Below, piece after piece: positions 28,801-37,202 of a stretch of DNA of 64,000 nucleotides. Origin of the DNA: an uncultured Lachnospiraceae bacterium (GTDB lineage: Bacteria; Bacillota; Clostridia; Lachnospirales; Lachnospiraceae); NCBI GenBank assembly GCA_905233695.1, contig CAJODN010000010.1, positions 20,623-84,622 on the forward strand. Reading direction: 5' to 3'. The notes beneath the pieces were generated by a model. It was not told the origin of the DNA. It did not search any database and saw nothing but the letters and a program-made list of their open reading frames with translations. A program made the translations under genes and the position numbers. How positions within the stretch are numbered: position 1 is the stretch's first letter; each line of letters opens with the position of its first letter.

Positions 28801-31130
28801 ATGAGAAATATATAGACCAAGACGATATAGTAGTTACCCTTAATAAATATCAATGGGAATACGAAGAAGTCCCGGTGAATCCGACTGTAACAGTATATGA
28901 TAGTTCACGAGGAGAATACTTGACTGAAGGAGAAGATGCTGACTACACAGTTTACACCTACGACAACACTGAGGCAGGTGTCGGGACTGTTGAGATAACA
29001 GGTCATGGCAATTATTACGGCTATAAGAATACTAACTTTACTATTGGTCACGTATTCAACGCCGATGTATCGCTTGATAAGGAAGAGTTCTACTATGATG
29101 GACCGAACAGTTTACATCAACCTGATACTATAGTTACGCAAGACGGTGTGACCCTTGAAAAAGACAAAGACTACTCAGTACAATATAAGAATGTGAACGA
29201 TGACGGATCATATAGTGAGCTTGACGGTAATGCCGGTACAAAGGTAGCAATAGTTACCGGAATCAATAATTATACCGGTAATTATAAAACGAAAGAATAC
29301 AAAGTAAAAGCTAAGACAGCTGACGCAAGCAAGATTCGTGTGGTTCCGAAAAACCTAGGATACGAGAGCGGTCATTATTATGCAACATATACGGGAGATT
29401 ACATAGAACCATCAGTAACCGTTTATGACGATGAGATATCGAGTACAATACCGGTAAATCCAGAAAATTATGAAGTAACGTATGCTAATCATAAGGATAT
29501 GACCAAATCCGGTAATTATGCTAAGATCTATGTGAACTGGAAGGATCGCGGAACCAAGTCTAATTATACAACGGGCTCTGATGCATATACCACTGAGTTT
29601 GAGATTAAAGCGAAAGAGGTTAAGCCCGGTGACTTCGAAGCAACAATAGTTGATGAGACTCCGGGACAGTCGAAGATATATGCGTACACGGGTGATGTTA
29701 TCAAGCCTAAGGTATCTGTAAGGGATGTAAATCAAGATATTTATTTAACAGAAGGCACAGATTATGTCTTATCATATACTGATAATGTTAAGGCCGGAAC
29801 AGGTTATGTGACAGTGAAGGGTCTTAATAATTACTCCGGAACCGTTACTCTTGATTTTACTATACAGGCACAGATGTCCGACGCGGTAGCGCCAATACCT
29901 GACCAGCTCTTTACGGGAGAGCCCGTAAAGCCCAAGTTCACGGTAACATGCGGAGGAAATACGCTTGTTGAGGGAGTAGATTACAACGTAAGCTATAGAT
30001 CGGATGATGACTACCAGACATCCGGAGTTGCCAAGATAGATACGAACTCGCCTTATTACTCAGGCTCGAAGGAAATTAAGTATAACATCGTCTTCGATCC
30101 GTCGCTGCTTACGGTAACGAACTACAACCCGACATATACTTACACGGGTGGTTCCATAAGACCTGACTTCGTAGTACAGGCACCGGATGGCACGATTATA
30201 CCGTACGACAAGAACGCTGTTACATACATGAACTCAAGTACGGGTGCAGGCGACACCACTTCCATAGGAACAATTACAGCTTCAATACCTGTAACAATAG
30301 GTACGCCTGAGAACCACAAGACAGCAGTACTTAAGGCTGTATACAGCATCGTAAGTAAGAACGTTAACAACGCTTCGGTTACGGTTGCTCGTTTAGCGGA
30401 TAACGTATACACCGGTAAGGCACTTACACCTCCTGTTTACATTAAGGACGGCAACACACAGCTTACCGAGGGTGTTGATTATACACTTTCATATTCTAAC
30501 AACACCAATCCGGGAGTCGGAACTGTTATAATAACAGGTAAGGGCGAATATGAAGGTCAGAGGAGTGAGCCATTCTACATTATAGCTCCGAAGGTACTTG
30601 GACTTACAGGTACGGTAGGCAGTGATTCCAGCGTAACACTAAGCTGGCTTAAGAATGCACACGTATCAGGATATGACATTTACTCACAGGATGGTTCGAA
30701 GAAATACGGTTCAACTACCGCCAACTCATTTAACATACCGGCATCTAAGGCCGGAAATGAAACGGTATTCAAGGTTAGAACATATGTGACGGTTAACGGC
30801 AAGAGAACTGACGGAGAATTCTCAGAAGTAACGGTATACACAGGTCTTGCGAAACCGGTAGTAACAATTACCTCTTACGCTAGGAAGAGGGCAACGCTTA
30901 ACTGGAGCCCGCAGACTAATGTATCAGGCTATGAGATATACAGAGGTACTTCACCGGACGGTAACTTCAGTAAGATTGCCGTTATGCCTACAACAAGCGG
31001 AGGATACAGTGATTCCGGACTTACAAGCGGTCAGACCTATTACTATAAGGTAAGAGCATACCAGAAGACCGGCGAGAACGCATTTGTATACGGACATTTC
31101 TCTGATGTTAAGTCAGTAGTTGTTAAGTAA
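22824..31130 (+). CDS. giant secreted cell-surface protein: signal peptide, unknown N-terminal domain, Big_2-like domain, about two dozen Ig-like repeats (MBG/'YxG...DY.V.Y.NN.N.G.A.V.I.G.GNY.G' type), two C-terminal FN3 domains
   Basis: 2768 aa. Signal peptide KKILAVLLAVATVLTTSSIDMQVLAA. A repeat unit of about 80-90 aa is visible by eye throughout. FN3-like modules (VTLSW...SGYDIY; ATLNWSP..NVSGYEIYR...YYYKVRAY) close the protein. There is no LPXTG motif or TM at the C-terminus. Confidence 0.9.
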   Translation: MAKYKDQGRKYGKKILAVLLAVATVLTTSSIDMQVLAATYGGDGGTANNSINVGGSLGELVTNTGQTKNQQLNKLSFMISQDEGYDYNVYVEIYENPSKNPTDGVLRKSFNLPIGTGSGEKEVIIGESQDYNVDISTGNDGNPIVLTDGETLGVSVKFTTGGADNKVSYYETTEGTGKGFRKLNASSLTWLERNNIIKVETKDYDSDPDDAAIATFNVDPDKDVIDVGESLSLSTTITPAYKRTVTYYSDGSGIDKKITVNGSTATGAKPGTATLTATCGSNEKTKDIKVVESRFNTTEETYSCTYGEEPDITVKCDTNLTKGTDYKLVYDNDESIAGTSLDVGYHSVVVEGVGDYAGYESGSLEFQVTEKALAESMINVDSIVIDTTNNSFVSATVTDGDKTLDYLTDYNVDVDRTSYSTTGIYYSITFTGINNYTDPSTPIVINKSFAPGSTTIDINSIFDADATKITIDERTFLNEDIDIGYSDITFVNKDGEVVTLNETQFNQIFKPITQDSDRKNVGTKTIKLEGKTATDSTGKQTGYTGEIYLHYTIKPRSLMKPGENQRINVNVETKTYTHDKSAHTPKVTVTYYNGTSESTDLVASGDVEVKYSDNVNIGTATVKITGKTNGNYSDYVEDHFTILPDFENDATVSIEGSPTTARDGWLSPYNGATYQPGTKWTPNVKLFMGNNSSDPGDETRYQVYDFTCTYEDNEKPNDGPAKVHLIGKSGTDLDGLDITAYFIINKRSLNSCTITYTQSQKYSGEEVTTAYSVKDGTITLAEGDGGDFDVSYIDNTNVGKATINFTGRDDGNYTGTVSKQFTIQARPVKDLTVTIDNQDYTGSDVIPDTSSAIVKLGDVIIDPSNYYFTKGKNSVGPGEATAILHGQTNLTGTREDSFTIDPMSLVGLDYYVDGAICTKENNYTYKSNTKMGYTGSEVQPELVIKDGDYTLQPDVDYIFDYNNNINAGWGNIFVYGQGKYAGSESEPRTSVKFEIVKKSIKNDADVNLKTPSYEWREISGTKYVFPSVTVTDKTTGKALTEAERNADGTYKMVGGKYVGDYIIESTATAVGENLTATIKGVNNYDVEGGDVTVTYNAGKNIAGASVSILLPNGGVVEKDESTKVYEVTYIGQNHPDIHVIDGKALTEETDFHINWPSSLIYDANKGTNTVTIEGMGDYYGTVETKYKIIPKNLSTTTDPEGTADIVVSGGTTKVYDGKTYDIAPAIKYFVYRAPSGSGKQDIIVNLTKGSNADYTTDPNSIGADVTGDDTITATVEGQNNYTGTVTTGTVTSSGYGINQRSINDDYIEIEGLNAKEYYTGSQITPEPTIYLTNGETDRSKWIKLTKGTDYDVTYGENVNTSGTVSISGKGNYKDACVKTFTIEKRSILDDTITIRVEDKKTYNGEEQKPYVELVSTIGSETYYLRETVDYELICPQDLNTNDESNVLVGEGNATSGPRVTIKGIGKYSGETTKGFRITGNLNDSEYFQVGELDGQAVDQKYYTINKSVSGYSVDFGSAYNIQYADSAHKGTVVSPHSECTLTQPSTIAPGKRTAMVTSSNSLLTGDCAKEVELHGSLADLSTVEVNTNQPYTGYPVEPVPTLVKYNNVDLTGSSAYKVTYDDDHTSVGSHKLYLRPNSDYYTGYYGPIDYTVSYDLGKADVTLSYWTTTYDGTEQKPEVTSVKVGANTVPESEYTVSYSADTTNSGKKTVTVTGTGSTLTGIATAEYTINPRTLTNNNTNITLDQTDWDYTGKEIKPVVTVECTELGVTDKTLKLGSDYTVAYPEDRISAGNKVITINATTDGLANYRGSVTATYNVKKGTLNADEIQVSDAIYAGGYAVTPTITGTFNGKEINPDTDLEIVSNTSDTPNWGVGTATIKLKGKGNFAETPIITKTYNIVAANLNDTTIELEDNWHEYTGSDLTSTAENNMVVKIDAGGGNFVPLTYGTHYTLQFGDGGEMTNHGQYSVKIIAVPGSNYTGTVSDPTKYYYTVNEKYIDQDDIVVTLNKYQWEYEEVPVNPTVTVYDSSRGEYLTEGEDADYTVYTYDNTEAGVGTVEITGHGNYYGYKNTNFTIGHVFNADVSLDKEEFYYDGPNSLHQPDTIVTQDGVTLEKDKDYSVQYKNVNDDGSYSELDGNAGTKVAIVTGINNYTGNYKTKEYKVKAKTADASKIRVVPKNLGYESGHYYATYTGDYIEPSVTVYDDEISSTIPVNPENYEVTYANHKDMTKSGNYAKIYVNWKDRGTKSNYTTGSDAYTTEFEIKAKEVKPGDFEATIVDETPGQSKIYAYTGDVIKPKVSVRDVNQDIYLTEGTDYVLSYTDNVKAGTGYVTVKGLNNYSGTVTLDFTIQAQMSDAVAPIPDQLFTGEPVKPKFTVTCGGNTLVEGVDYNVSYRSDDDYQTSGVAKIDTNSPYYSGSKEIKYNIVFDPSLLTVTNYNPTYTYTGGSIRPDFVVQAPDGTIIPYDKNAVTYMNSSTGAGDTTSIGTITASIPVTIGTPENHKTAVLKAVYSIVSKNVNNASVTVARLADNVYTGKALTPPVYIKDGNTQLTEGVDYTLSYSNNTNPGVGTVIITGKGEYEGQRSEPFYIIAPKVLGLTGTVGSDSSVTLSWLKNAHVSGYDIYSQDGSKKYGSTTANSFNIPASKAGNETVFKVRTYVTVNGKRTDGEFSEVTVYTGLAKPVVTITSYARKRATLNWSPQTNVSGYEIYRGTSPDGNFSKIAVMPTTSGGYSDSGLTSGQTYYYKVRAYQKTGENAFVYGHFSDVKSVVVK

Positions 31131-31141
31131 GGTGTTTCATA

Positions 31142-32233
31142 ATGGAACAGACAGATAACAAATTTCGAATCGGAGAGTTCACATTCGATACATTTCACGA
31201 GTATCGGGACGGACAGGAAGATTTGAAGAAGATAGAATGCATTAATAAGGAACTCGACATACACGATCCCAAAGTAGCGGTGCGGCTCTATAATATGATC
31301 CGCACCGGGGAGATCGTCTTCAAGAGTCCCATAGGTGACAAATTCTATGCTCATATCGCAGACATCGTTGCCGATAAATCAGTTGGTCTGATTGAGACAA
31401 GCGATGCTGTGGATGAAGCAGAAGACAAAGTGAAATATTCTAAGATAATTGGTTTTGGCCTTGCGGGGCTTGCAATTATCTTTTTTGCGTATTTCGGGGT
31501 AACGGAGATAAATGAGTACATTTCCACCAATAAGATGGCGGAGCTTCAGGCTCAGAAGAACTACACGAAGACTGATGACAGCGCCGTTAAGGACAGCGTA
31601 ACCAATAATGAGATTGCAACTATTAATTCAAGAGTAGTGGATCCTTCTACTCTTACGGTGCTTCCGGAATATCAATCATACTTGAGACAGAATAAGGACT
31701 TCGTGGGCTGGATAATTGTTCCCGACACACAAGTGAACTATCCCATAATGCAGACTAATAATAATGAATACTATCTGAATCACGGATTCGACGGTAAGGA
31801 GGACTCTGCCGGAATACCCTTTATGGATTATAGGTGCGACTACGTCAACCCTACGACGAATACGATTCTCTACGGTCATAATATGAATAACGGATCGATG
31901 TTCGGCGAACTTAACAAATATCTCGATGAGAATTTCTACAATTCTCACAAAGTTATAAGCATGGACACCCTCTATGAGCACAGGCAATATGAGGTGGTGG
32001 CTGTCTGCTTGTCCGAGGTTCAGTACCAGGACGACAATAAATTCAGGTATTATAACTTTATAAATGCGGACAACGATGCCGAATATGAGGCATTTCTCCA
32101 GACTGTCAAGACACTTTCCGTCTATGGGAAGAATATTGACATACAAAAAACAGATAAAGTGTTGACATTATCTACCTGTAACAATTATACTGATGATGGT
32201 AGACTATTTATAGTAGCCAAACGGATAAAATAG
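31142..32233 (+). CDS. srtB: class B sortase with a ~110-aa N-terminal cytoplasmic extension
   Basis: ILYGHNM..GSMFG, TLSTC (TLxTC catalytic Cys) and the RLFIVAKR Arg. One TM segment (IIGFGLAGLAIIFFAYFGV) sits at about aa 110-130. Confidence 0.85.
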   Translation: MEQTDNKFRIGEFTFDTFHEYRDGQEDLKKIECINKELDIHDPKVAVRLYNMIRTGEIVFKSPIGDKFYAHIADIVADKSVGLIETSDAVDEAEDKVKYSKIIGFGLAGLAIIFFAYFGVTEINEYISTNKMAELQAQKNYTKTDDSAVKDSVTNNEIATINSRVVDPSTLTVLPEYQSYLRQNKDFVGWIIVPDTQVNYPIMQTNNNEYYLNHGFDGKEDSAGIPFMDYRCDYVNPTTNTILYGHNMNNGSMFGELNKYLDENFYNSHKVISMDTLYEHRQYEVVAVCLSEVQYQDDNKFRYYNFINADNDAEYEAFLQTVKTLSVYGKNIDIQKTDKVLTLSTCNNYTDDGRLFIVAKRIK

Positions 32234-32288
32234 GTGTATAATATACTAGATGTAGATAAATAACATTTTAGGTGGAGATTGTAAAGAG

Positions 32289-33431
32289 ATGAATAAAGCT
32301 ACGAAAATCGGACTGGTACTTATTGCGCTATCCATAATAATATCTGTGACTGTTATTGTGGCCGGAAGCGTCCACGCTGACCGGGAAGAAAATGGCTTCA
32401 TAGTAAGTGACGACGGAACAGTTGCCCTTCAGTATGTGGGACCCGGAGGAGCGGTATCGATTCCCGATGGTGTAACGACCATAAGCGACGGAATCTTCAT
32501 GAATAATAATAGTATCTATTCTATAGATATGCCAAGTAGCGTATCATCTCTGGGAAGCGGTTTCGCATCCGGATGCGGACAATTACAATCAGTATCTCTC
32601 AGTAGTAGCTTAAGCAGTATTCCCGCCAATGCCTTCAGGGAATGCTCCGGACTTGTATCTATATCATTGCCGAGTGTTTCCTCTATTGGGGAAAATGCGT
32701 TTTACGGCTGTGCGTCTCTATCATCAATCTCAATCCCTTCAAGCGTGACAAGCATTGCCTTGTCAGCCTTCGACGGATGTGATAATTTAAGCCAGATATC
32801 AGTAAGCTCGGGTAATTCCAATTATTCAAGCTATGACGGTTGCCTATATAATGCAGCCGGTTCAAGACTTCTCCTTGTTCCCGGCGGTAAGGAGTCGGTA
32901 CAGTTCGCCGATACCTGCAGTACCATAGGTTCGGGAGCATTCAGTGACGCATACTACGTTACGGAAGTTACGATTCCCGCAAGTATAACAACGATCGAGG
33001 ATCAGCCCGGCTGGCATCCCAGTGTAATATACGGATATGCAGACAGCGCGGCTGAGACATTTGCCAAGAATAACGGAATTCCGTTCATTGTAATAGGACC
33101 GGGGCCATCACCCGAACCGTCTCCTGAGCCATCCCCTACACCTACACCCGACCCTGAGACGGGACCTGTAACACCGGGAGAAGGGGACGTGGTTAATCCC
33201 GACGGCACAATAACAAGAGCTGACGGAACGGTAGTGGAAGCGGCAACAGGTCGTATAGTAAGAGTCGGAACCGGAAGAACAGGTTCGAGCCATACCAAGG
33301 ATAACACACCCGGTACGGCGGACGGCGTTAACCCCGTATATTTCCTGTGTCTCGGCGTATTCCTAGCAGGAGCCGGAACCTTGGTATATACGAGAATTCG
33401 TAAGACCAGATACCTCAAGAATAAGAAATAA
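32289..33431 (+). CDS. BspA-type leucine-rich-repeat surface protein with Pro-rich stalk and C-terminal sorting-signal-like TM plus basic tail
   Basis: N-terminal signal/TM; repeated IP..V..I...AF..C..L..I units; PSPEPSPEPSPTPTPDPE linker. It ends ...DNTPGTADGVNPVYFLCLGVFLAGAGTLVYTRIRKTRYLKNKK. Confidence 0.85.
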   Translation: MNKATKIGLVLIALSIIISVTVIVAGSVHADREENGFIVSDDGTVALQYVGPGGAVSIPDGVTTISDGIFMNNNSIYSIDMPSSVSSLGSGFASGCGQLQSVSLSSSLSSIPANAFRECSGLVSISLPSVSSIGENAFYGCASLSSISIPSSVTSIALSAFDGCDNLSQISVSSGNSNYSSYDGCLYNAAGSRLLLVPGGKESVQFADTCSTIGSGAFSDAYYVTEVTIPASITTIEDQPGWHPSVIYGYADSAAETFAKNNGIPFIVIGPGPSPEPSPEPSPTPTPDPETGPVTPGEGDVVNPDGTITRADGTVVEAATGRIVRVGTGRTGSSHTKDNTPGTADGVNPVYFLCLGVFLAGAGTLVYTRIRKTRYLKNKK

Positions 33432-33559
33432 TACATAGATTACGGTCGCGAATAATAAATAATAATACACAAAATATCCCAACGGTGGTTATAAACTATT
33501 GCCAATAGCATCATTATATGATAGAATTCTATTGTATAATGGTGTGTGAGGTGGGAGAA

Positions 33560-33916
33560 ATGGCTAAGATACTCGTTGTAGACGACAATGCATATACAAG
33601 ACAGATGTTGCAGGCAATGATTGTACCGGAAGGACACGAAGTAATCGGCGCAGACGACGGTGCAGAGCTTATATCGCTGTATGAGGAGCATAATCCCGAT
33701 GTTGTGATGATTGACGTGGTAATGCCCAATGTAGACGGTATTACGGCGACAAAAGAGCTTATAGAGAAGCATCCTGATGCCAAGGTTATTATCGAATCGG
33801 CTCAGCAGTCCAATGCGATTCAACATAAGGCAGAGGACCTCGGAATTGTTGGTTTCGTGCCGAAGCCCTTCGATATGGATACAATAACATCGATGATTAA
33901 GAAAGCGTTAAGCTAA
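33560..33916 (+). CDS. single-domain response regulator (CheY-like receiver)
   Basis: MAKILVVDDN..., DVVMIDVVMP (phospho-acceptor Asp) and KPF near the C-terminus. RBS GAGGTGGGAG precedes the ATG at 33560; the track ORF start 33518 is probably too long. Confidence 0.85.
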   Translation: MAKILVVDDNAYTRQMLQAMIVPEGHEVIGADDGAELISLYEEHNPDVVMIDVVMPNVDGITATKELIEKHPDAKVIIESAQQSNAIQHKAEDLGIVGFVPKPFDMDTITSMIKKALS

Positions 33917-33959
33917 GAAAATGTCGCTATAATACGGCATTATATGAAACTTATAAGGT

Positions 33960-33994
33960 GCAAGCATTATCGGAATGCCCTCCGATATGCTTGC
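33960..33994 (+). terminator. long hairpin terminator between the response regulator gene and galM
   Basis: GCAAGCAT(T)ATCGGA-ATGCCC-TCCGATATGCTTGC followed by ATCTTTCTT. Confidence 0.65.
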
Positions 33995-34065
33995 ATCTTT
34001 CTTGTTATGGGAAATATTCTTGTGTGATTGAGATTACTGCACTTAAGAGTTCGTCGTTATGTGCT

Positions 34066-35139
34066 TTAAGTGAATTCGTATACCGTTGTGCTATGTGCCG
34101 TCTCACCCTTTCTCAGTATGGGCTTCTTGAAGGTATCTACGTTGATGGCGTTTGGCGCATATTGCGTCTCTAAGGCCACGCCGTATCTTGGACCGTACTT
34201 TACGTTACCCTTGCCTATATCCTGCCAAGAGAGGTAATTACCTGTGTATAGCTGGATACAGGGTGCATCCGTGTAAATGTTAAGAGTAAGCGACTTATCC
34301 GGCGCTGTAAGGGTGGCGGAGGGAATCACGCTTGGTACAGCACCATGCCCTGTTATATTACGGTCGCTTTTTGGCACTCTAAGTTCACTTGGCTTCGTAG
34401 CACTTTCATTAATTACATAGTTATGGTCATACCCGTTACCCCAGACCAGTTGGTCATAATCTACATTAATACGGCTTCCGATTTGTACAGATTCACGGAA
34501 ATCCATAGGAGTATCGGCAACAGTAACGATTTCGCCGTGGCAGATGCTGGCATTATCTGACGGTGTAAATGTATCTGCGTTAATAATTAATTCGTGAGTT
34601 AATATATCGCATTTCCCATGCCCCAATAGATTAAAGTAGCTATGATTAGTGGGATTGAAGAGCGTATCCTTGTCGCTTGTTCCTTCATATTCTATCTTAA
34701 GCTTATTATCTTCTATACTGTATCTGACATCGAACGTTTGATTCCCCGGAAAGCCCATATCCATATCATCACATTGAATAGAGAAGTTGATAGACGTTTC
34801 ATCTACAGAGACAGTATCCCAAAGTCTCTTATGAAGAGGCTCGAATCCGCTGTGAAGATTGTTCTTGTTGTCGTTTTTGTCAAGATGATACATTTCCCCG
34901 TTAAGAGAAAACTCGGCATTCTCGATCCTGTTGGCGTTCGGAAGAACACAGCTTCCAAAGCATGGCGGATTGTTAAAGTAGTTTTTTATTTCTTCATAAC
35001 CCAGCACAACATCGAGGGTTTCGCCACTTGCGGTTGTGACATAGAGGCTAAGAAGAGTGCATCCGTAATTCATGATTTTGGCCTTCAATTTATCGTTTCC
35101 GATGGTGTAATATTTGATCTTTTCCAAATTGCATTTCAT
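34066..35139 (-). CDS. galM: aldose 1-epimerase (galactose mutarotase)
   Basis: 357 aa. NNLHSG, TNHSYFNL and ETQ..PNA motifs typical of aldose epimerases. Confidence 0.88.
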   Translation of the reverse strand: MKCNLEKIKYYTIGNDKLKAKIMNYGCTLLSLYVTTASGETLDVVLGYEEIKNYFNNPPCFGSCVLPNANRIENAEFSLNGEMYHLDKNDNKNNLHSGFEPLHKRLWDTVSVDETSINFSIQCDDMDMGFPGNQTFDVRYSIEDNKLKIEYEGTSDKDTLFNPTNHSYFNLLGHGKCDILTHELIINADTFTPSDNASICHGEIVTVADTPMDFRESVQIGSRINVDYDQLVWGNGYDHNYVINESATKPSELRVPKSDRNITGHGAVPSVIPSATLTAPDKSLTLNIYTDAPCIQLYTGNYLSWQDIGKGNVKYGPRYGVALETQYAPNAINVDTFKKPILRKGETAHSTTVYEFT

Positions 35140-35217
35140 ATCAATCTCCTTATAGACATTTTGCGCTTCTGCGTTATAATTATAGCATAGGATTTGTCTG
35201 AAAGGGAGAGGGCTTTT

Positions 35218-37143
35218 ATGGGAGAGAGTAATAGGAAATATCTGGATTTATTGGCGAAGGAATACCCTACGAAACAGGCGGTTTGTCGTGAGATTATCAA
35301 TCTTAATGCGATTCTTAACCTGCCTAAGGGAACGGAGCATTTTATGAGTGACCTCCACGGGGAGTACGAGGCTTTTCTGCATATCATCAACAATTGTTCC
35401 GGTGTCGTTAAGGAGAAGGTGGATCTTGCCTTTGGCGACGACCTTCTTCCTCATGAGAAATGTGAGATCTGCACGCTCATTTACTACCCACGTGAAAAAC
35501 TTAAGATGCTTCATAAGGAGTTCGAGCTGACGGACGAGTGGTACAAGATGACGCTTAACCAGCTTATTCAGATTGCAAGAAATCTGTCGTCGAAATACAC
35601 CCGTTCTAAGGTTAGAAAGGCTATGCCCGAGGACTTTTCGTACATTATAGATGAGCTTATTCATGTGCAAAAGGACGAGGATGATAACCAGGATCTGTAC
35701 CATAAGAAGATTCTGGAGACTATCTTAGACCTAAATAACGGTGATGAATTTATCGTTGCGCTTGCGGGGCTTATTAAGAGGCTTGCCGTGGATCATCTTC
35801 ATATTGTGGGTGATATATTTGACAGAGGCGCCAATGCGGACAAGATAGTTGACTTACTTATCAACCACCATTCAATCGATATAGAATGGGGTAATCATGA
35901 TGTGCTTTGGATGGGCGCCGCAGCCGGTTCCCCCGCCTGCATCGCCAATCTGGTGCGTAACAACTTAAAATACAAGAATATCGAGATATTGGAGAACGGA
36001 TATGGTATTTCCCTTAGGAATCTGGTGCTGTATGCACTGGACCGGTACGATGAGAAGGATCCGATTAAAGCCGCTTATAAGGCTATGTCTGTAATCTTAC
36101 AGAAGGTGGAGGGAGCTACGATCGCCGCTAATCCCGAATTTGAAATGGACGGAAGACGGCTTCTTCACAGGGTTAATTGGGATGATTATACAATAGAGAT
36201 TGACGGCGAGACCTATGAGCTTAACACCCATGACTTCCCGACGGTGGATCCTGACAATCCATACGTCCTTTCTCCGGAAGAAAAGAAGATAATGGACGAC
36301 CTTGTGGTGGACTTTACAAGCGGTGACAGAATCAATAGGCACGTGGACTTTCTCTACGATAAGGGAGGAGTATACAAAGTATATAATCAGAATTTAATTT
36401 ATCACGGCTGTGTTCCCCTCGATGAAAACGGCAATTTCGACACGGTAATGGTAGAGGGAACGGCGTATTCCGGTAAGGAGTACTTTGATGTTGCGGAGAA
36501 GGTGGCAAGAAGAGCCTTTTATTCTCGTAATAAAGATGACCTCATTAAGTCACGCGATAAGACTATACACGATAAGGATCTCGACTTCATGTGGTATCTA
36601 TGGGGCGGACCGAAGTCGCCTATGTGCGGACGTATTGTTAAGACCTTTGAGAGGACGTATATAGAAGATAAGAAGACCTGGGAAGAGCCTCAGAACCCGT
36701 ACTATAAGTACCATTATGAGGAGCGATATGTTCGAATGATTCTTAATGAATTCGGCTTGTACTCGGACATTTCCCATATAATTAACGGACATACGCCTGT
36801 TAAGCTTGGAAAAGGCGAAGTGCCCGTCCGCGCCAACGGCCGACTGTACGTAATTGACGGTGGCTTCTCGAAAGCCTATCACAAGTCTACGGGCCACGCG
36901 GGCTACACCCTTATATACAATTCCCACGGGCTTAGGCTTATGTCTCATAACCCATTTACAAGCGTGGAGCAGGCCCTCCGTAACAACGACGACATTCAGT
37001 CTGAGTCGTCCACCGTGGAAGTGGAGAAGAGCCGCGTAATGGTACGCGATACGGATATAGGTAAGGGTATACTTGAAGACATAGAAGACTTAGAAGAACT
37101 CTTGCACTGTTATAGGAGTGGGGAGATAAAAGAGATAGATTAG
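35218..37143 (+). CDS. fbp: fructose-1,6-bisphosphatase, class 3
   Basis: KYLDLLAKEYPT...NLPKGTEHFMSDLHGEYEAF, GDIFDRG and GNHD. The ATG at 35218 follows RBS GGGAGAGGG; the track start 35194 is a TTG. Confidence 0.92.
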   Translation: MGESNRKYLDLLAKEYPTKQAVCREIINLNAILNLPKGTEHFMSDLHGEYEAFLHIINNCSGVVKEKVDLAFGDDLLPHEKCEICTLIYYPREKLKMLHKEFELTDEWYKMTLNQLIQIARNLSSKYTRSKVRKAMPEDFSYIIDELIHVQKDEDDNQDLYHKKILETILDLNNGDEFIVALAGLIKRLAVDHLHIVGDIFDRGANADKIVDLLINHHSIDIEWGNHDVLWMGAAAGSPACIANLVRNNLKYKNIEILENGYGISLRNLVLYALDRYDEKDPIKAAYKAMSVILQKVEGATIAANPEFEMDGRRLLHRVNWDDYTIEIDGETYELNTHDFPTVDPDNPYVLSPEEKKIMDDLVVDFTSGDRINRHVDFLYDKGGVYKVYNQNLIYHGCVPLDENGNFDTVMVEGTAYSGKEYFDVAEKVARRAFYSRNKDDLIKSRDKTIHDKDLDFMWYLWGGPKSPMCGRIVKTFERTYIEDKKTWEEPQNPYYKYHYEERYVRMILNEFGLYSDISHIINGHTPVKLGKGEVPVRANGRLYVIDGGFSKAYHKSTGHAGYTLIYNSHGLRLMSHNPFTSVEQALRNNDDIQSESSTVEVEKSRVMVRDTDIGKGILEDIEDLEELLHCYRSGEIKEID

Positions 37144-37170
37144 CCACTTTAAGCCCACCCCGGATACGGA

Positions 37171-37194
37171 AAAACCCCTCTTTTGAGGGGTTTT
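37171..37194. terminator. bidirectional intrinsic terminator
   Basis: AAAACCCCTC-TTTT-GAGGGGTTTT between convergent fbp and the phospholipase C-like gene. Confidence 0.75.
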
Positions 37195-37202
37195 AATGGT
37201 TA

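Noticed and set aside
33108-33180. Short periodic DNA repeats encoding PSPEPSPEPSPTPTP (and similarly the QQYQG repeat near 52298-52350), checked as possible CRISPR or tandem-repeat loci
   Set aside because: They are in frame inside well-supported CDSs and encode low-complexity linkers. There is no repeat-spacer architecture anywhere in the window.
35194-35217. Longest-ORF start codons from the track: 35194 for fbp, and likewise 33518, 40127, 43661 and 54657
   Set aside because: These extensions begin at TTG or GTG or lie inside upstream genes or RBSs. The internal ATGs have properly spaced Shine-Dalgarno sequences and restore the conserved family N-termini.
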